Shown: positions 43,655 through 54,163, numbered from the stretch's first letter. The stretch is 64,000 nt of DNA from an uncultured delta proteobacterium (GCA_963767925.1 CAVYGB010000010.1:608001-672000), one strand, 5' to 3'. Numbers and translations: made by a program. The notes: generated from the letters alone by a model not told the origin.

Positions 43655-45582
43655 GCGCGATGGCCGCGATCCGCGCCCTGCTGATGAAGGAGCTCCGCCA
43701 GCACGGCGGGGCGGCCGCGCTCTCGACCCTCCTGCTGGTCCTGGCCTGGCTGGTGGCGCGGGCCTCGTTCGCCCAGGAGGCCCGTACCCTGAGCGCGCTC
43801 CAGCTCGTCTCCAGCTTCGCCTCCTTGCCGCTGGTGGCCGCCGCGCTCTGGCTGGGGCACCGGCTGGTGGTCAGCGAATATTACGCGCGCACCCAGCGCT
43901 TCGTGGAGGCGCTGCCCATCCGCCGCGGGCTGATGGCGCTCGGCAAGGCGGCCTTCGGGCTGGCGCTGCTCGAGGCCTGGGCCCTGCTCTCGCTGGCGGC
44001 GGGGGTCGGGATGGCCGCGCGCAGCGAGCCGATCGGCGGACGCTTCCTGGCGATCATGGCGGCCCGGCTCGCCCTCTTCGTCTTCGCGCTGTGGGGGGTG
44101 GTCTTCCTGCTCGGCTTCTTCGGCCGGCTGCGGGTGGTCCTGGCGGGCGCCCTCGCGGTCGTCGTGTTGATCCTGGATCGCTCCACCACCTGGGCGCTCG
44201 AGGACTTCGGTCCCCTCGCCCTGATCGACGGCCAGACCTTCGGGTTCGAGCGGCAGCACTTCCCCGGGCGGGCGCTGCTGGAGGCGGCGGCCCTGGGCGC
44301 GCTCGGCCTGGCGGGCGGCTGGGGGCTGGCCCGCGTGCGCGAGGGCTCGGTTGTCGAGGCGCTGGCCCGCCCGCTCGCCGCCCGGGAGCTGACCGCCCTG
44401 CTCGTGGTGGGGTTGACCGCGGTCTCCGCGTTCTTCAGCTTCGCTCGCGAGCGCCCGCCCCGGCCCTACGCGATCACGACCGACAAGGTCGTGCGCCGCC
44501 TCGACGTCCCGCTGGTGGTGGCCTACTTCGAGGACGATCTGCAACCCTCCGCCGCGCGGCTCGGCGAGGCCCTCGGCCCTGCCCTGAGCGCCTTCCGGTC
44601 CGGGCTCGGCTGGTCCGAGCCGATGCCCCCGGTGCGGGTGGTCCACGCGCCCGACGCCGATCCGGCCGACCCCCGGACCGAGCTCCTGCACGCCGAACAG
44701 GGCCTGGTGCTCGGCGTGAACCTGCGCGGCGGCGGCGAGCGGCCCACCGAGGTGGCGGCCTACGTGTTGCACCAGCTCATCTGGGCCCGCTCCCGCGGCC
44801 GTGCCGGCCGCGAGCACCGGCACTGGCTGCTCGACGGCTTCGCCTACCACTTCGCCCTCCATGGCGCCGCCCCCGCCGCCCCTCCCCTGTCCGGACCACC
44901 CGACCCCTCGCTCCTGCGCGCGCTGGCGGCCCACCGGATCGTCCCGGTCAGCGGCGCGGCCCTCGCCGCCTACCACGAGACCGCCGAGCGCCTGGGCGAT
45001 CCCGCGGCCAACGCCCTCGCGGCCAGCGGCTGGCGGATCCTCGAGGCGCGCGTCGGACGCCAGCGCGTCCTCGCCCTGGCGCGCGCCGCCTTCGACCGGC
45101 GGGGCACCGGCGACGTACGCGACTACCTCCACGAACGCCGGCACCCCCCGGCCGCGATCTTCGCCGCGGCCACCGGTGTTCCCTGGGACAACTTCCTCGT
45201 CGACTGGACCCGGACGCTCGCCGAGCTGGCCCGCCACCCCGCCGCCGTCGCGGCCCTCGCCGAGCAACCCAGCGGGCGCTTCGAGGTGCGCGCAGACGGC
45301 CTCTCGGGCCGGGTGTGGGTGGCCGGCGCGCTCGAGCGGGCGCCCGCGGCGGGGACCTTCTGCTCGCTCCTGCACCAGCGCCTGCCGGCCTTCGAGGCGG
45401 AGATCCCGACCGATTACCTCGAGCGCACCCGCTTTCTCTGGACCGACGGCGCGGGGCCCTTCTCGCGGGACCTCGAGGCGCCGTACGGCAGCGGCGAGCG
45501 GGTCTACGTCGCGCTCGACTGCGAGCCGCCCGCCCTCGGCCTGCCGCTGCGCCTGCTGTCGCGGCGGGTGGCGGTGCCATGA
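43651..45582 (+). CDS. ABC-2 permease fused to a degenerate gluzincin-like domain
   Basis: KELRQ start, EALPIRR..GK loop, several TMs; HQLIW...WLLDGFAY where HExxH...EG is expected. Confidence 0.7.
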   Translation: MSAMAAIRALLMKELRQHGGAAALSTLLLVLAWLVARASFAQEARTLSALQLVSSFASLPLVAAALWLGHRLVVSEYYARTQRFVEALPIRRGLMALGKAAFGLALLEAWALLSLAAGVGMAARSEPIGGRFLAIMAARLALFVFALWGVVFLLGFFGRLRVVLAGALAVVVLILDRSTTWALEDFGPLALIDGQTFGFERQHFPGRALLEAAALGALGLAGGWGLARVREGSVVEALARPLAARELTALLVVGLTAVSAFFSFARERPPRPYAITTDKVVRRLDVPLVVAYFEDDLQPSAARLGEALGPALSAFRSGLGWSEPMPPVRVVHAPDADPADPRTELLHAEQGLVLGVNLRGGGERPTEVAAYVLHQLIWARSRGRAGREHRHWLLDGFAYHFALHGAAPAAPPLSGPPDPSLLRALAAHRIVPVSGAALAAYHETAERLGDPAANALAASGWRILEARVGRQRVLALARAAFDRRGTGDVRDYLHERRHPPAAIFAAATGVPWDNFLVDWTRTLAELARHPAAVAALAEQPSGRFEVRADGLSGRVWVAGALERAPAAGTFCSLLHQRLPAFEAEIPTDYLERTRFLWTDGAGPFSRDLEAPYGSGERVYVALDCEPPALGLPLRLLSRRVAVP

Positions 45583-47468
45583 TCGGGGCCCTCGTCCGCA
45601 AGGAGCTGCGGCAGCTCCTGCCGATGGTGGTGGGCCTGGCGGCCCTGGTCCTGTGGGGCATCGTCCAGATCTTCCTTGTCGAGGCGCCGGACACCGCCCT
45701 CTGGTCGAACACCTCCATCTTCGCGAGCGGGCAGCAGGGCGCCATCCAGGCCTGGCTGATGTTGCTGCTGGGCCTGCTCACCGCCTACGCCCTCCTGCCC
45801 GGAGAGCACGAGCAGGGGACGATCGAGTTCCTCTACACCCTGCCCGTCCGGCGCCGCCTGCTCTTCCTGGTGAAATACCTGGTCGGCGCCTCCCTCCTGG
45901 CCTCGGTGAACCTGCTGACCAGCCCGCTCTGGTGGCTCGCGCTCGGCTTCAACCCCGGCTCCTTCGCCCGCCGCCAGATCCGACCCGAGCTGCTCGCGCT
46001 CGAGCTCGGGCTGTTCGTCGCCCTCTCCTTCATCGCAGTCGCCTACGGCCTGCTGCTGGCCTACTTCCGCCGGTTGGGCTGGCTGCTGTTCGCCCTGATC
46101 TGGCTGGCCCTGTCGCTGCTGGCCCAGGTGCACCCGCCCCTGCGGGTCCTCAACGTGGACGCGCTCTTCACCTTCGAGCACAAGGGCGGCGACCCGCTGG
46201 TGCCCTGGAACGCCTGGCTCCTGCACGCCGTCCTCTCGGCCATCGCCCTGGGGTACGCCGGCCGGCTCTGGCTCGGCGGCCAGGATCACCTGCCCTCGCT
46301 GCTCGAGCGCTGGCGGGCCCACCCCGACCTGCGCAGGTTCGTCATCGGCTGCGGGCTGGTCGGCGCGGCGCTGGCGGCAGGCGCCGCCGCGGTGACAACC
46401 CTCGGCGGCGGCCGGGCCGACCCGCAGGGACCCAGCGGGCCGCGCCGGACGGTCACGCTCGACACGCAGCACTTCCGCTTCAGCTACTTTCCCGACCACG
46501 AGCGCGAGGCCCAGCTCGTCGCGGGCGAGGCCGATCGCGCCTACCAGCGCCTGCAGACCTGGTTGCCGACGCCGGGCGCCGGCACCATCGTCGCCGATCT
46601 CACCGAGGCGAGCCGCGAGCACGCGGGGATCGCCGGCTGGGAGAAGCTGCGGCTCGACGTGCGCGGGGACAAACCCACGCCCCTGCTGCACCACCTGCTC
46701 TACCACGAGACCACCCACGTGCTGGCCACCAACCTCCTCCGCGCCGCCTCCAACCAGCGCCAGGCCGGCCTGCGCTTCTTCATGGAAGGCCTGGCCGAAT
46801 ATCTCGCCTTCGAGCTGGTGCCCGGCCGCGACGAGGAGCGCGCCACCGCCCGCCAGATCGCCGCCCTCGCCCGCCAGCAGTTCCGCCTGCGCTGGGAGGA
46901 CCTCCAGGATCCGGAGGGGTTCCTCACCCGCCACGACGAATATCTGCTCTACCCCCTCGGCGAGGTCTGGGTCGCGGCCCTGGTCGAGGCCTGCGGGCGC
47001 GAAATGCCCGCCCGGGTGCTCCGGGCCCTCGGTGATCCGGAGGGCCCCCAGACGCTGTCCGGATCGCGCCTCTGGCAACACGCCCTGCAGGGCCTCCGCT
47101 GCGACCTGAGCCACGTCGCCGCCCGCCACGACAGGATCTTCGCCCGCCTCCTCCCCGAGGCCGAGCGCCTCCCGCGCGCCTCCGCCGCCTTCCTGCGCGA
47201 GGAGGGCGACACCCTGCTGTTCCAGCTCCGGGTCAGCGCCCCCACCCCCGGCCCCTGGACCGTGCACCTCCGCGTCCGCGACAACCCGGACAGCGCCCGG
47301 GCCCACACAACCCTGGCCCGCTTTCCACTCGCCACCGGCGACACCCGCCAGGTCGCCGTCTCCCGCCCCGCCCTCACCGGTCGCCGCTTCGAATACCAGA
47401 CGGGCGCGTCCTCCACCGAGGCCGCGCCCGCCTTCTTCACCCGCTGGCTCAGCACCACCTTGCGATAG
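45579..47468 (+). CDS. ABC-2 permease fused to a gluzincin (clan MA) metallopeptidase domain
   Basis: KELRQ, GTIEFLYTLPVRR..VKY; HETTH (46704-46718), FMEGLAEY, downstream YPLG. Confidence 0.8.
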   Translation: MIGALVRKELRQLLPMVVGLAALVLWGIVQIFLVEAPDTALWSNTSIFASGQQGAIQAWLMLLLGLLTAYALLPGEHEQGTIEFLYTLPVRRRLLFLVKYLVGASLLASVNLLTSPLWWLALGFNPGSFARRQIRPELLALELGLFVALSFIAVAYGLLLAYFRRLGWLLFALIWLALSLLAQVHPPLRVLNVDALFTFEHKGGDPLVPWNAWLLHAVLSAIALGYAGRLWLGGQDHLPSLLERWRAHPDLRRFVIGCGLVGAALAAGAAAVTTLGGGRADPQGPSGPRRTVTLDTQHFRFSYFPDHEREAQLVAGEADRAYQRLQTWLPTPGAGTIVADLTEASREHAGIAGWEKLRLDVRGDKPTPLLHHLLYHETTHVLATNLLRAASNQRQAGLRFFMEGLAEYLAFELVPGRDEERATARQIAALARQQFRLRWEDLQDPEGFLTRHDEYLLYPLGEVWVAALVEACGREMPARVLRALGDPEGPQTLSGSRLWQHALQGLRCDLSHVAARHDRIFARLLPEAERLPRASAAFLREEGDTLLFQLRVSAPTPGPWTVHLRVRDNPDSARAHTTLARFPLATGDTRQVAVSRPALTGRRFEYQTGASSTEAAPAFFTRWLSTTLR

Positions 47469-47472
47469 CCCG

Positions 47473-47507
47473 GCCCGAGCGCAGCGAGGGAACCCGGCTA
47501 TCTTCTG
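47473..47507 (+). repeat. Dispersed ~36-bp repeat, copy 2
   Basis: gcccgagcgcagcgagggaacccggctatcttctg. Confidence 0.75.
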
Positions 47508-47538
47508 CGACTGTATGGGGGCTGCATGCCCTTCCCGC

Positions 47539-49107
47539 TCAGTTCCCCAGGAGGACCAGGCGGAAGCCGGTGGGACCCCGCACGCGCAGCAGGTGACCGC
47601 CCGGTCGCTTCTCCTTGAGCAGCGTGGCCGCCTGCTCGGGGCTGGCCACCGCCTGGCGGTCAATCTCGACGACAACGTCGCCCGGCTGCAGGCCGGCCTG
47701 CTCGGCGGGGCTCCCCGAGCGGACCTCGCGCACGACCGCGCCGCGGGTGCCGGCCGGCAGGCCGAGCGATTCGGCGAGCGCGGGGGTCAGGCTCTGCAGG
47801 GACATGCCGAGCGGTCTTGCCTCGCCGGCCCGCTCGCTCTGATCGGACGGCGCCTCGGCCAGCGTCGCCCGCAGCGTCCGGGTGGCGCCCTCCCGCCAGA
47901 CCTGGACATTCACGGTCGCGCCGATGCCCCGGGTCGAGACGTGATCGACGACGTCGCTGGCCGCCTGCACGTCGCGATCGTCGACGCGGGTGACGACGTC
48001 CCCCACCTGGAACCCCACCTGCGCCGCCGGGCTGCCCGGCGTCACCTCGCCGACCATGGCACCTTTGCCGGGCGCCCCCGGCCCCAGCTTGGCCCGCACC
48101 TGGGGGTCGAGCTCGGAGATGTCCCCCAGCTTCACGCCCAGGTAGGCGTATTTCATGCGACCGTCCTTGATCAGCGCCTGCGCGACCCGGTGGGCCTCGT
48201 TGATCGGCACCGCGAAGCCGTAGGCCCCGCCGGCGCCGACCCGGATCAGGGTGTTCATCCCCACCACCTCTCCGTCGAGGTTGACCAGGGGGCCGCCCGA
48301 GTTGCCCGGGTTGATCTTGGCGTCGGTCTGGATGTATTCGCGGACCCGATCGCCCGACATCTGCATGTTGCGGCCGACCCGACCCTTGCCGCTGACGATC
48401 CCGACCGTGATGGTCTGCTCGAGCCCGAGGGGGCTGCCGACCGCCAGCACCCATTCGCCCACCTCGAGCTTGCCGGAGTCGCCGAGCCGGGCCGCCGTGA
48501 GGTTGGCCGGGACCTTGTCCAGCCGGACCACCGCCACGTCGGTGCGGCTGTCACGCCCCACGACGGTGGCGGGGACCTCCTGGCCGTCCGAGAGCGTGAC
48601 CTTGAGCTTGGCGCCTTGCTCGACGACGTGGCTGTTGGTGAGGATGTGCCCCGCGCGGTCGAGGAGGAAGCCCGATCCGGTCCCGGAGATCGGCGCGGGC
48701 ATCGGCATCTCTGGGAAGTCGGGAGCCTCACCGGGGGCCTGCCCGGGATCGCCGAAGAAGCGGCGGAAGGCCGGCGGGACCTGATCGAACGGGATCCCGG
48801 GGCGCCCGCCGCGGGGTCCCTGGGCCAGCCGGGGCGCCTCGCGCTCGACGTCGATGCGCACGACGCTCGGCCGCACCGCCTTCGCCGTCCCGGAGAAGGC
48901 GGCCGACAGGCTCTTGGCGACGTCGGGCGCCTGGGTCTTCGGCGTCACTCCCGCCGCGGGCTGCGCCGGCGCCGGCGCGGCGACCTGGGCGTGCGCCTGG
49001 GCGGCGCCCTGCGGGCTGCAGCCGGCCAGAGCCAACGTCGCGGCCAGCGAGCCGACGATCAGCCGCGGCGAACCGTGGTGAATGGGTATCGTTCCGTTGC
49101 CGAGCAT
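47539..49107 (-). CDS. DegP/HtrA serine protease with two PDZ domains, lipoprotein
   Basis: Lipobox LAGC, TNSHV, TDVAV, INPGNSGGPL, two PDZ-like repeats. Confidence 0.94.
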   Translation of the reverse strand: MLGNGTIPIHHGSPRLIVGSLAATLALAGCSPQGAAQAHAQVAAPAPAQPAAGVTPKTQAPDVAKSLSAAFSGTAKAVRPSVVRIDVEREAPRLAQGPRGGRPGIPFDQVPPAFRRFFGDPGQAPGEAPDFPEMPMPAPISGTGSGFLLDRAGHILTNSHVVEQGAKLKVTLSDGQEVPATVVGRDSRTDVAVVRLDKVPANLTAARLGDSGKLEVGEWVLAVGSPLGLEQTITVGIVSGKGRVGRNMQMSGDRVREYIQTDAKINPGNSGGPLVNLDGEVVGMNTLIRVGAGGAYGFAVPINEAHRVAQALIKDGRMKYAYLGVKLGDISELDPQVRAKLGPGAPGKGAMVGEVTPGSPAAQVGFQVGDVVTRVDDRDVQAASDVVDHVSTRGIGATVNVQVWREGATRTLRATLAEAPSDQSERAGEARPLGMSLQSLTPALAESLGLPAGTRGAVVREVRSGSPAEQAGLQPGDVVVEIDRQAVASPEQAATLLKEKRPGGHLLRVRGPTGFRLVLLGN

Positions 49108-49336
49108 CTCCTGACCTCCTCGTTGTGCCGTCATTCGTCAGGAGAACCCGGCGAGACCGTCCCGGTATTCCGCGCCACCGCCCGGAAGCACGGCAGGGAA
49201 TGAAATCGATCAGCCGCCGGTTTTACAGGAGGTCGGGACGGCCCGCTGCGGGCGGGCGATCCGGGCCAGCGCCCGTGGGCGCCACCCCGACCTCCGCCCG
49301 GAAGACCCGGGCCAGGTGCGGCAGGGGTCCGGGGGC

Positions 49337-52075
49337 TCAGCGGCAGTAGGGGTCGCTGGCCACCACGTTGGAGGCGGCGCTGAAATTCTGGGAGTTGGTG
49401 GAGTAGTTGAAGGTCCGGGAGGCGCCGCCGGCCAGCGGCGTGGTGTTGGTCCAGGTGAACACGCAGCGGTTCGACACGGTCCGGGCGGAGGCGCCGGTGC
49501 CGGTCAGCGGCGACAGCTTGGCCCCGAAGGGGACGGCGTCGTTGGTGCAGTTGACCCCGGCGGGCACGTCGAACTCGACCTTGTAGTTCGAGGAGGCCGA
49601 GCTGCCCATGTTCTTGATGGTCATGGTGCCCCACCAGGCGGCCCGGTCGTACACGTTCTTCGTCACCACGAAGGAGCAGCTCCCCGAGGCGCCGCACACG
49701 TTGGCCTTGCCCCCGCCGCCGCAGGTGTTCGGGGCGGCGCAGCCGCCGCAGCTCCCCACCGAGCGGGCCCGGCCGCAGTTGTCGACGCCGCTGACCGCGC
49801 CGCAGTTCTTGGCCATGCGGCCACAGAAGGCGGCGTCCGACTCGGGCGTGCAGGTCCCGCTCGCCAGGCGGGTGACCGTGATGCGGTCCAGGTCGGGCGC
49901 GGAGGCCGAGTTGTGGAAGAGCTTGATGGTGTTGGTGCCGGCGTTGAGGCTGACGGTGGTGGTGGTGGACACCGTGGCGTACCAGTCGGCCCCCGTGAGG
50001 TTGACCGTCTTGGCCGAGCCGTTGTTGACGCTGATGCTCAGCGGCCGGGTCCCCTGGACCACGCCGCTGATCGTGAGCTCGTGGGTCCCGGAGGCGGACG
50101 CCTTGACGTCGTTGAAGCGGACGTAGTGGGCCGAGCTCTTGCCGACGTAGCGGACCTTGGCCCCGCCCGAGCAGGTGCCCGCCGCGGTGGAGGCGACGCC
50201 GGGAGTGCCGAGCAGCTTGATGTAGCCCTCGCAGACCGTGCTGAAGGCGTCGCCAGCGATGGTGTTGCCCGCCGCCTCGGCCTCGTACACGACGCTGTTG
50301 GGGTTCCCGCAGACGTTGACCTGGCCAGCACCCCCGCAGGTCAGCGGGGCCGCGCAGGTGCCGCAGTCGTCGATCGTACGGACGCTGCCGCAGTTGTCGG
50401 TGGCGGTCACGCTGCCGCAGGTCCGACCAAGGCGGGTACAGAAGGCCGGGTCGCTCTCGGGGGCGCAGCTCCCCGGCAAGTCGTAGGCCCGCTGCCACAG
50501 GTGGACGTAGGTCTCGCTGAGCACCTTCTTCATGGCCCCGCACTTGTTGTCGCTGCCGATGAAGGCCCGCTTGTAGGTGCCCCCTGGCTCGCCGAGCTGC
50601 ATGTATTCGTTCATGGGGGCGGTGGTGCCGCCCAGGTCGGACCAGGCCATGGAGCCGACGGCGCAGGAGCCCTTGGTCCAGGTCAGGCCGGCGTCGCACT
50701 TGCCGGCGGGGACCGGCTCGTTGTACCAGGTGTTCAGGAACAGAGCGCCACCGCAGCGGCGGGGCACCGGCTTGGGGGAGACGCCCGCCTTCCAGGCCTG
50801 GTAGGCCATGTTCAGGTCGGCCACGCTGTCGAACATGCCCTCGGGCATGACCGTGGTGCGCGAGGCGGCGTCATCCAGCACGATGTCGATGGTGCCGTCG
50901 CCGTTGTCCACCGCGACGTAGAGCGCTTCAGCGTAGGGCGGGATGTTGTTCGGCTCGACGTTGCCGAGCACGATGGGGTTGCCGTTCTTGTCCTGCACCC
51001 AGGTGGCGAAGTCGACCTGCACCGACTGGTTGTTGGTGGTGGCGCTGGCGAAGGCGAGCTCGCCAGCGATGAAGGCGGTCTCCCTGAGGGTGCCGGCCCG
51101 GAAGAGGGCGGCGGCGTTCATCATGCCGGTGTAGCTGGCGACCGCGGTGCTGAGGCTCGGATCGCGGGAGGCGCTGGCCTCGATGCCGCTGATCTCCATG
51201 GTCTGGGTGGGGGGAGCGTTCCAGCGGAAGACGGCCTTGATGAAACCGGCCACGCCGGCCCAGGTGCCACCGGAAGGGGCGGCGATGATGAACACGCAGT
51301 AGGTCTTGTCACCCCAGACGACCGCCTCCCAGGCCTGCAGGCTGACCGGGCCGTTGCGGCTGGAGGAGAAGCCCCAGGGCAACTTGCCGAGGGCGACCGA
51401 GATCTTCGTGTTGGCGGTCTGCTGCCCGAGCAGCTTGGGGAAGGCGGTCGAGCCGATGCCCATCACGATGCACTGGGCGCTCCTGGTGGACCACTTGTCC
51501 TCGCCGCTATAGAGCATGCCGGTGGGGGCGCCGGTGTTGTGGATGCTGTAGCCGGAGACGGTGCCGGCCAGGCTGGTGGCGCTGAGGTTGGTCCCGCTGA
51601 GCTTGTTGCCGCTGACGTTGGCCCCGGCGGTGTTGGAGCCGCCCAGGTTCGACCCGCCAAGGTTCGACCCACCCAGGTTCGACCCGCCAAGGTTCGACCC
51701 GCCAAGGTTCGACCCGCCAAGGTTCGACCCACCAAGGTTGTTGCCGCCGAGGTTGTTGCCCCCCAGGTTGGTCCCCCCCAGGTTGGCGCCACCGAGGTTC
51801 GCGCCACCGAGGTTCACGCCACCGAGGTTCGCCCCACCCAGGTTCGCCCCACCCAGGTTCGCCCCACCCAGGTTCGCCCCACCCAGGTTCGCGCCGCCCA
51901 GGTTCTCCCCGACCAGGGCAAAGTCGTGCTGCTCGACATCCTTCTGGTCGACCGGCGGCGGGTCGCCCTCCGGGGGCGGTCCCCAGGTGGGATCGGTGGA
52001 AAGACAGGCGGCGAGCGCCAGGGACAGCGGCAGGAGCCACATCGGGCTGCGCTGGAAGGCAGGTTTGAATGCCAC
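49337..52075 (-). CDS. Lipoprotein: pentapeptide repeat + unknown core + Cys-rich repeats + CBM6/35-like and CBM2-like domains (paralog A)
   Basis: GGAGG RBS, lipobox LAAC, 18x GxNLG, YEAE...CSGGAKV...PDLDRI module, two CxPESDxAFC repeats. Confidence 0.85.
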   Translation of the reverse strand: MAFKPAFQRSPMWLLPLSLALAACLSTDPTWGPPPEGDPPPVDQKDVEQHDFALVGENLGGANLGGANLGGANLGGANLGGANLGGVNLGGANLGGANLGGTNLGGNNLGGNNLGGSNLGGSNLGGSNLGGSNLGGSNLGGSNLGGSNTAGANVSGNKLSGTNLSATSLAGTVSGYSIHNTGAPTGMLYSGEDKWSTRSAQCIVMGIGSTAFPKLLGQQTANTKISVALGKLPWGFSSSRNGPVSLQAWEAVVWGDKTYCVFIIAAPSGGTWAGVAGFIKAVFRWNAPPTQTMEISGIEASASRDPSLSTAVASYTGMMNAAALFRAGTLRETAFIAGELAFASATTNNQSVQVDFATWVQDKNGNPIVLGNVEPNNIPPYAEALYVAVDNGDGTIDIVLDDAASRTTVMPEGMFDSVADLNMAYQAWKAGVSPKPVPRRCGGALFLNTWYNEPVPAGKCDAGLTWTKGSCAVGSMAWSDLGGTTAPMNEYMQLGEPGGTYKRAFIGSDNKCGAMKKVLSETYVHLWQRAYDLPGSCAPESDPAFCTRLGRTCGSVTATDNCGSVRTIDDCGTCAAPLTCGGAGQVNVCGNPNSVVYEAEAAGNTIAGDAFSTVCEGYIKLLGTPGVASTAAGTCSGGAKVRYVGKSSAHYVRFNDVKASASGTHELTISGVVQGTRPLSISVNNGSAKTVNLTGADWYATVSTTTTVSLNAGTNTIKLFHNSASAPDLDRITVTRLASGTCTPESDAAFCGRMAKNCGAVSGVDNCGRARSVGSCGGCAAPNTCGGGGKANVCGASGSCSFVVTKNVYDRAAWWGTMTIKNMGSSASSNYKVEFDVPAGVNCTNDAVPFGAKLSPLTGTGASARTVSNRCVFTWTNTTPLAGGASRTFNYSTNSQNFSAASNVVASDPYCR
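51641..51910 (-). repeat. 18 x 15-bp coding tandem repeat (GxNLG)
   Basis: aggttcg(c/a)ccc(a/g)cc units. Confidence 0.95.
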
Positions 52076-52087
52076 GCCTCCCAGCGC

Positions 52088-52103
52088 TGCATGTCTCGTG
52101 CTA
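52088..52103 (-). promoter_or_regulatory. Sigma54-like -24/-12 motif upstream of paralog A
   Basis: TAGCACG-AGAC-ATGCA vs consensus TGGCACG-N4-TTGCA; AT-rich tract upstream. Confidence 0.45.
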
Positions 52104-52321
52104 GAAAAAGTAAGTTAGATTACTTCATTAGAATCTAAGATTTCTTCGGGGTTCTCCTGCGAGCGCCTCGGGCGGGAGCGGCGGCCGTTGCGGCGGCCAC
52201 AACAGACGCCGTTGGGCCGGGCGCAACCGGACCCCTGTGGGCACAGCGGGCTCGTCGTCCACCCCCACCTCCGGGCGCGATGTCTGCGGAGGTGGGAGCG
52301 CCGCGCCGGGTGCGCGCTCGG

Positions 52322-52506
52322 CTATACGGCTTCCACGCCCTCGGGCGGCTGGGACTCGGCGACGGTCTGGGCGAACCAGATCGAATAGCCGTAGGGGTCC
52401 TTCACCCGGAAGGATCGGTCGCCCCACCAGTGGGTGGTCAGCGGATCGACGACCGGCACGCCGCGGCCGGCGACCTCGGCGTGGTAGGCGTCGACGTCCC
52501 GGATTC
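52322..52506 (-). pseudogene. Glyoxalase/VOC family, 3' remnant
   Basis: DVDAYHAEV..RGV, WWGDRSFRVKDPYGY; no N-terminal half or plausible start. Confidence 0.7.
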
Positions 52507-52663
52507 GGTTTGGTGAGGCGACCCATCTTGTGACAGGGCCGAAAATCAAGAATAGGCAGGTCACCTGAGATTGACGACAATCCTGTTTCGTTCCTGTCTC
52601 ACTATTGACGACGGGCCCTCCGGAGGGTCCCGTACCTTCCGCGGAGGCCCGCGCCGAGCAACG

Positions 52664-54103
52664 ATGAAGTACCTCCCCGTCTCCACCCTCCTGGCCCTCA
52701 TGCCTGCGTGTTACGCCGATCCGGGGCCACGGCCCCGCGACGGCGCCGTGCTCCCGGCCCCCGGCCCCGGTGAAACCACCCCCGACGGCGGCCCCCGGCC
52801 GGGCCCCGATGCCGCCCCGGCCGATCGGACTGCGGCGCCGGACCGGCCCCTGCCGGCGGAACGGCCGCCCGCCGATGCGGCGGACCCGATCGAGGCCGCG
52901 GCGCCGGCGCCGTTGCCTCCCCAGCCGGCCCCCCTGCCCCCCGACCTGGCGGCGCGGATGGACTTCTTTCGCAGCGACGTCGTCCACCGCATCGAGATCA
53001 CCGTCGACCCCGAACACTGGCGGGCCTACCTGGCCGAGCACCGCCGCTTCGACTCAGACGCCGAGAAGCAGTGGTTCCAGGCCGACTTCCGCATCGACGG
53101 AACCGACCTGCGGGCCGTCGCCTTCCACTCCTTCGGCTGGGGCAGCCGCAGCGGGAACGGGCGCAAGCCCAACCTGAGCCTGGACATCGATCGCATCGTC
53201 CCGGGCCAGAAGCTGCGGGGCATCGAGCGGATGCGGATCAAGAACAACGGGCAGGACACCTCGGGGCTGCGCCAGACGATCCTGTACGAGGCGATGCGGG
53301 CCTCGAACCTGATGGCCCCGCGCTCGACCTTCGCCAACCTGACTGTCAACGGCGAGCCCTACGGCTTTTATTTCGTCGAGGAGTCGTTCACCTCGGGCTT
53401 CGTGCGCGAACGGACCGGGAACGGCGACGGCGCGGCCTACGAGCCGGCCGGCTGCCAGGGGTTCTTGCCCGCCCGCGGCGGCTGCGCGGGGCTGGCGGAA
53501 TATTTCAGCTCCAACTTCAACCCCCTGGCCCCCGGGAGCGACCGCCTCGTCGGCCTCTGCCAGGCGCTGAACGGCCCGCCCGCCCAGCTCGTCCCGGCGG
53601 TGTCGCCGTACATCCTCCTGTCCGAGTGGATCGACCAGGTCGCCATCGACACGGCGCTGGCCGGGAACCGCGACGGCTTCTCCTCGGCGGGGGCCAACTT
53701 CCGCCTCTACCACGACACCGCGCTCGACCGGCTGCGGCTGGTGATCCTCGGTCCCGACGACACCTTCGTTCCCGAGTCGCTCCCCGAGCCGAGCTTCGTG
53801 GCGCCGCGAGCGACCCGGAGCTGCCGCGAGGAGAACCGGGCCTACCGCGACGTCTTCCTCGAGCAGCTCGTGGCGACGCCCGAGGGGCTGGCGATGTACC
53901 AGGCGGCCGTGCGCCGGCTGCGCATCGGGGTGCTCGGCGCGGGGCGGATCAGCCAGCGGCTCGACGAGCTGTGGGCGGTCGTGGCGGAGCACGCCCGCGC
54001 CGACCCGCTGCGGTCGCCGGACCTGGACGTCGACGCGAGCAAGGACGCCATCAAGCAATACGTGGATCTACGCTGGCGGGCCCTCGAGGCGGCCGGCTTC
54101 TGA
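52664..54103 (+). CDS. CotH-family kinase-like lipoprotein
   Basis: Lipobox-like MPAC, KPNLSLDID, APRSTFANLTVNGEPYGFYFVEE, NRDG..NFRLYHD. Confidence 0.8.
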   Translation: MKYLPVSTLLALMPACYADPGPRPRDGAVLPAPGPGETTPDGGPRPGPDAAPADRTAAPDRPLPAERPPADAADPIEAAAPAPLPPQPAPLPPDLAARMDFFRSDVVHRIEITVDPEHWRAYLAEHRRFDSDAEKQWFQADFRIDGTDLRAVAFHSFGWGSRSGNGRKPNLSLDIDRIVPGQKLRGIERMRIKNNGQDTSGLRQTILYEAMRASNLMAPRSTFANLTVNGEPYGFYFVEESFTSGFVRERTGNGDGAAYEPAGCQGFLPARGGCAGLAEYFSSNFNPLAPGSDRLVGLCQALNGPPAQLVPAVSPYILLSEWIDQVAIDTALAGNRDGFSSAGANFRLYHDTALDRLRLVILGPDDTFVPESLPEPSFVAPRATRSCREENRAYRDVFLEQLVATPEGLAMYQAAVRRLRIGVLGAGRISQRLDELWAVVAEHARADPLRSPDLDVDASKDAIKQYVDLRWRALEAAGF

Positions 54104-54119
54104 CGTTGCGCATCGCGCC

Positions 54120-54163
54120 TTGTCGGCGCCGCCTGGGGGCCTATAATCTGAACGTAGGTTCAG
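54120..54163 (+). promoter_or_regulatory. Sigma70 promoter with adjacent putative LexA box
   Basis: TTGTCG (54120)-16nt-TATAAT (54142-54147) then CTGAAC-GTAG-GTTCAG (54148-54163). Confidence 0.8.
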
